Shown: positions 61,266-64,000 of the stretch, in pieces
Numbering within the stretch: the first letter of the stretch is position 1
Layout of the letters: each line of letters starts with the position of its first letter
Sequence record: ON568341.1
Direction: 5' to 3' (one strand)
DNA: 64,000 nt
Translations under genes and position numbers: made by a program
Notes under the pieces: model-generated
What the model was told of the DNA's origin: nothing
The model's database searches: none
The model's input: only the letters and a program-made list of their open reading frames with translations

Positions 61266-61502
61266 ATGCTCGAACAAATCAAATCAACGTCTGCGAATGT
61301 AACGGGAACTGTATCACACTTTACTAGTGATGAATCGCGTGGTGTTCCTTATTGTGCTGTACATGTAAACACTGATGGCAACTACTGGTTTACGGTTTAC
61401 GGATCATATTCATTTGGTCGGCCAGGACATCAAAAAATCCTGGATAAAGTACAGCCAACGGGTAAAAATATCACTGCTGAAATGTTTTATAAAAAATCAT
61501 AA
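61266..61502 (+). CDS. early hypothetical protein
   Basis: SD AAGGA; own promoter. Confidence 0.8.
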   Translation: MLEQIKSTSANVTGTVSHFTSDESRGVPYCAVHVNTDGNYWFTVYGSYSFGRPGHQKILDKVQPTGKNITAEMFYKKS

Positions 61503-61586
61503 AGTACTTGATAATAGTTTTTAGTACTGTATAATATTTTACATCGCAAGGGGGAGCGGTTCCCCCTGGTAACTAAGGATAATAAA

Positions 61587-61886
61587 ATGAAAATTGCAAT
61601 CATCGCCCTGGCTTTATCTGTTTCCTCTTTCGCTGTTAATGCGTCATTAGATGTAAGTAGTGAAAAATTCATTCAGTGCACTGTTGCAATGACCGATGAA
61701 AGTACTGGCGAGATTGTATTAAAGGATTTAGAGATCCAGCCGGAAGCATTTAAAAACGGCCCGTTCCATGAAGAAGACGAAAACGGTAGCACATCAATTT
61801 ATTATGATGCCAGTACTAAACGCGGTTCGGTCACTGTAATGGATACTGAGAAAGTAACGCATACCGGCGTTATTAATTGCCGTTGA
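61587..61886 (+). CDS. early exported two-Cys protein
   Basis: Signal peptide ending VNA. Confidence 0.85.
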   Translation: MKIAIIALALSVSSFAVNASLDVSSEKFIQCTVAMTDESTGEIVLKDLEIQPEAFKNGPFHEEDENGSTSIYYDASTKRGSVTVMDTEKVTHTGVINCR

Positions 61887-61907
61887 TAGATACTACGGGG
61901 TAACATC

Positions 61908-62138
61908 ATGACTAAGCGAATTGTTTTACTTAACGAAAGCAGTACTACACAACTACTTAACGCCGTGCATTATGATATTGAAACGAGCGTTAATCTTATC
62001 AGTACTGTAGTACTGTTGGACACTGGAAAGGTCGCCAATGATAAAGCGATTGCAGGTATATTAACGGATCTTGAGCCTGGTAGCAGTGCACCAATAACGT
62101 TAAATGGTAAAGTGTTTAATATTTTACTCACTGATTAA
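61908..62138 (+). CDS. early hypothetical protein
   Basis: SD GGGG. Confidence 0.75.
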   Translation: MTKRIVLLNESSTTQLLNAVHYDIETSVNLISTVVLLDTGKVANDKAIAGILTDLEPGSSAPITLNGKVFNILLTD

Positions 62139-62144
62139 GTACAT

Positions 62145-62166
62145 AGCCCACCTGGTGGGCTTTTTT
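62145..62166 (+). terminator. intrinsic terminator
   Basis: AGCCCACC-T-GGTGGGCT plus T-run. Confidence 0.85.
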
Positions 62167-62253
62167 GTTTTTGTAGTATCGTAGTACTGAGATACTTTGA
62201 AAATAGTTTTAAGAAAGTAGTTGACATTACCGCAGAAAAGCGTAGAATGTATT

Positions 62254-62328
62254 ACATCAAGACGGGGAGCACTAAGTAGACCGCCAGTAAGTCGAACGAA
62301 AAACTGGACACGTCGAGAAAACTTTGAT
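62254..62328 (+). promoter_or_regulatory. structured 5' leader sharing the 14-nt-loop motif with the 59312 RNA
   Basis: CCAGT-AAGTCGAACGAAAA-ACTGG. Confidence 0.65.
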
Positions 62329-62371
62329 ACACTAATAAACGTAAACTAAACTTTAATTGAGGATTTATAAA

Positions 62372-62854
62372 ATGGCTAATGTAAAATCATTTCTGAAAGC
62401 ACTGATTTCTAACGACACTGCTATTGCGGCTGAATTGCTGGCGGATCTGGATAGCGATACCATGAAAGCAGTACGCAACAATTTTAACATTGCGTACAGT
62501 GAAGCTAAAGAACTGCAAGCCAAAAAGATAGCAGAACTGGAAGAACAGAAAAAAGCCCGTGAAGAAGAACTACAAGCAACGATTGAAAGTATTCAGGCGG
62601 CGGTTGCAGGGTTGGATCTGGAAGTAGTTATTGAAATGGCACATAAAGCACTGGCAGTTAAGTACGGGGAAGATAAGCCAGTAACTAAACCTAAAAAATG
62701 GATTCAGGAACGCGTAACGGTTGTTCTTGATAATGGCGAGGAACATTTAATTCCCGTGCGTGGTAACTGCATTGCGGTAGTTCTGGATGCTATCAAAGAA
62801 AGCGGATTGACTCGCGAGGAATGGATCGAAGCTCACCGCAAAATTGAAGCATAA
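62372..62854 (+). CDS. H-NS-like nucleoid protein (divergent)
   Basis: N-terminal coiled coil, linker, C-terminal VLDNGEEHLIPVRGNCIAVVLDAIKESGLTREEW aligning by eye to H-NS [34 protein letters not shown]; start ATG 62372. Confidence 0.55.
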   Translation: MANVKSFLKALISNDTAIAAELLADLDSDTMKAVRNNFNIAYSEAKELQAKKIAELEEQKKAREEELQATIESIQAAVAGLDLEVVIEMAHKALAVKYGEDKPVTKPKKWIQERVTVVLDNGEEHLIPVRGNCIAVVLDAIKESGLTREEWIEAHRKIEA

Positions 62855-62875
62855 CAATTAAAGTACTGAATCACT

Positions 62876-62902
62876 AGCCCACTTCTTATAGTGGGCTTTT
62901 TT
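62876..62902 (+). terminator. intrinsic terminator
   Basis: AGCCCACT..AGTGGGCT plus T-run. Confidence 0.85.
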
Positions 62903-63129
62903 GTGTTTATCGTTTACCAGTCCACTAGCACCGCCTAGAATCGATTCTAACGCATTAAACTGATTATCTGATGAATAGCCCTAGCTGGTGGCGTTAATGC
63001 CGTTAGAAAGCGATTGAGGACGTTTAAAGTATTTTGCAAAAAGTAATAAAAAGTACTTGCACGATTAAGAGATTAGAGTATAATTAATTACATCAAGACA
63101 AGACACCTTAACTAACTGAGGATATAAAG

Positions 63130-63282
63130 ATGAATACTTATGAACTGGATTGTTTCACTTTACAAGTAATGTCAGTATGCAGTAAAAAAGATTGGTCATC
63201 AAAGGAATTTAAAGCAGTTATTGCGTGTGCAAAACACGGCAAGACTATCAATGAAACGGCATCAATCATTGATAAACTTTAA
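63130..63282 (+). CDS. early hypothetical 50-aa protein
   Basis: Manual translation; SD GAGG; own promoter. Confidence 0.7.
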   Translation: MNTYELDCFTLQVMSVCSKKDWSSKEFKAVIACAKHGKTINETASIIDKL

Positions 63283-63354
63283 AAAATAGTTTGACAATAG
63301 TTTTAAGTACTGCGATAATACATACATCAACTACTGAATAGGAATAAAAAAACA

Positions 63355-63582
63355 ATGGCTATCATCATTACTTACGTATCTGGTACTACTGGCACTGCTT
63401 CAACTGTTGCTGTAATTACTAATAAGAAAGGAGCGGAATTACATTTTGCAATGGATAATTGGGCCGTGAAGGAGTTCGGACCGTGGGCAAGTGTAGCATA
63501 CATTGAAACCTATCAAGTGCCATCGATTAGCTTAACTGATTTAGGTGTAGATCGAATCTTATGCCTGGATGAATTAATTTAA
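63355..63582 (+). CDS. early hypothetical protein
   Basis: SD AGGA; own promoter. Confidence 0.8.
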   Translation: MAIIITYVSGTTGTASTVAVITNKKGAELHFAMDNWAVKEFGPWASVAYIETYQVPSISLTDLGVDRILCLDELI

Positions 63583-63668
63583 AAAAGTACTTGCAAAGTA
63601 AATCGAATAAAGTATAATACATTACATCAAGGGGAGAAAATGGTTCTCCCCACTAAGAGGAAACTAAT

Positions 63669-63812
63669 ATGAAAACTTGTCAATGTGGTAAAAAATCTAT
63701 TACTGGTTTGAAACGGGGCGTTGCACTTTGCCAGTACCATTATAATTTACAAGTATGGGGTAAAGAATGGGCCGATCAAGTGGAAGCAATTAAGAAAGCA
63801 AAAAGTAAGTAA
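63669..63812 (+). CDS. early 47-aa putative zinc-binding protein
   Basis: MKTCQCG..LCQYH; SD GAGG. Confidence 0.7.
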   Translation: MKTCQCGKKSITGLKRGVALCQYHYNLQVWGKEWADQVEAIKKAKSK

Positions 63813-63893
63813 AAATATTATCACAGTACTATTGACATAGATTGATAGTACTGGCATAATAGATTTTATCAAGACAACTAAGAGGAAATTAAA

Positions 63894-64000
63894 ATGGCTA
63901 ACATCAATACTATAGCAGCACAAAATATTAACCTGTCTTCTGTTGAAGTTGTACACATTGCCGCCCGGCGTTGGTTCCAGGCGTCTTATGGTAATACTTA
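63894..64000 (+). CDS. early hypothetical protein, truncated by window end
   Basis: SD GAGG; MANINT..RRWFQASYGNTY. Confidence 0.75.
   Translation, partial: MANINTIAAQNINLSSVEVVHIAARRWFQASYGNT

Larger units (their letters stand above)
57580..63618 (+). promoter_or_regulatory. series of strong early sigma70-like promoters
   Basis: -35 at 57580, 58038, 58718, 59061, 59279, 59395, 60079, 60723, 61191, 61508, 62221, 63057, 63291, 63591; mostly 16-bp spacers, followed by ACATC and usually a GGGGA/TCCCC hairpin. Confidence 0.85.

Overview
AT-rich segment of a large lytic (jumbo) bacteriophage of Enterobacterales. Assignment to the RaK2/GAP32/PBECO4/121Q/CBB-like group is inference from gene content (tRNAs, own sigma70-family factor, T4-type TATAAATA late promoters, DenV, paralog arrays); no database search was run. 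The window is accessory DNA with no capsid or replication core. Layout: 0.5-7 kb tRNA region with six conventional and three atypical or decayed tRNA genes, a NUMOD4-HNH endonuclease, a beta-helix protein and several structured RNAs; 7-41 kb about 90 mostly small rightward genes including an HslV-like peptidase, a sigma factor, HNH, two kinases, DenV, an AAA+ ATPase and 3-TM membrane paralogs; 41.5-52 kb leftward array of 9 late genes sharing an N-terminal MLPFxRMxxYGN peptide; 52.1-55.6 kb array of 14 paralogs of about 60 aa; 55.6-57.6 kb non-coding repeat-rich region (possible origin or genome end); 57.6-64 kb early region with strong promoters, ending in an H-NS-like gene. Main unexplained signals: heavy over-representation of the palindrome AGTACT; a distinct TGGGACA-type promoter class that may belong to the phage sigma factor and drives an approximately 470-nt structured RNA; two families of promoter-driven small RNAs with covarying stems; and a dispersed 10-member protein family sharing a C-terminal (T/S)EExxF(Q/M)xSxV motif. 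All structures and counts are by eye.
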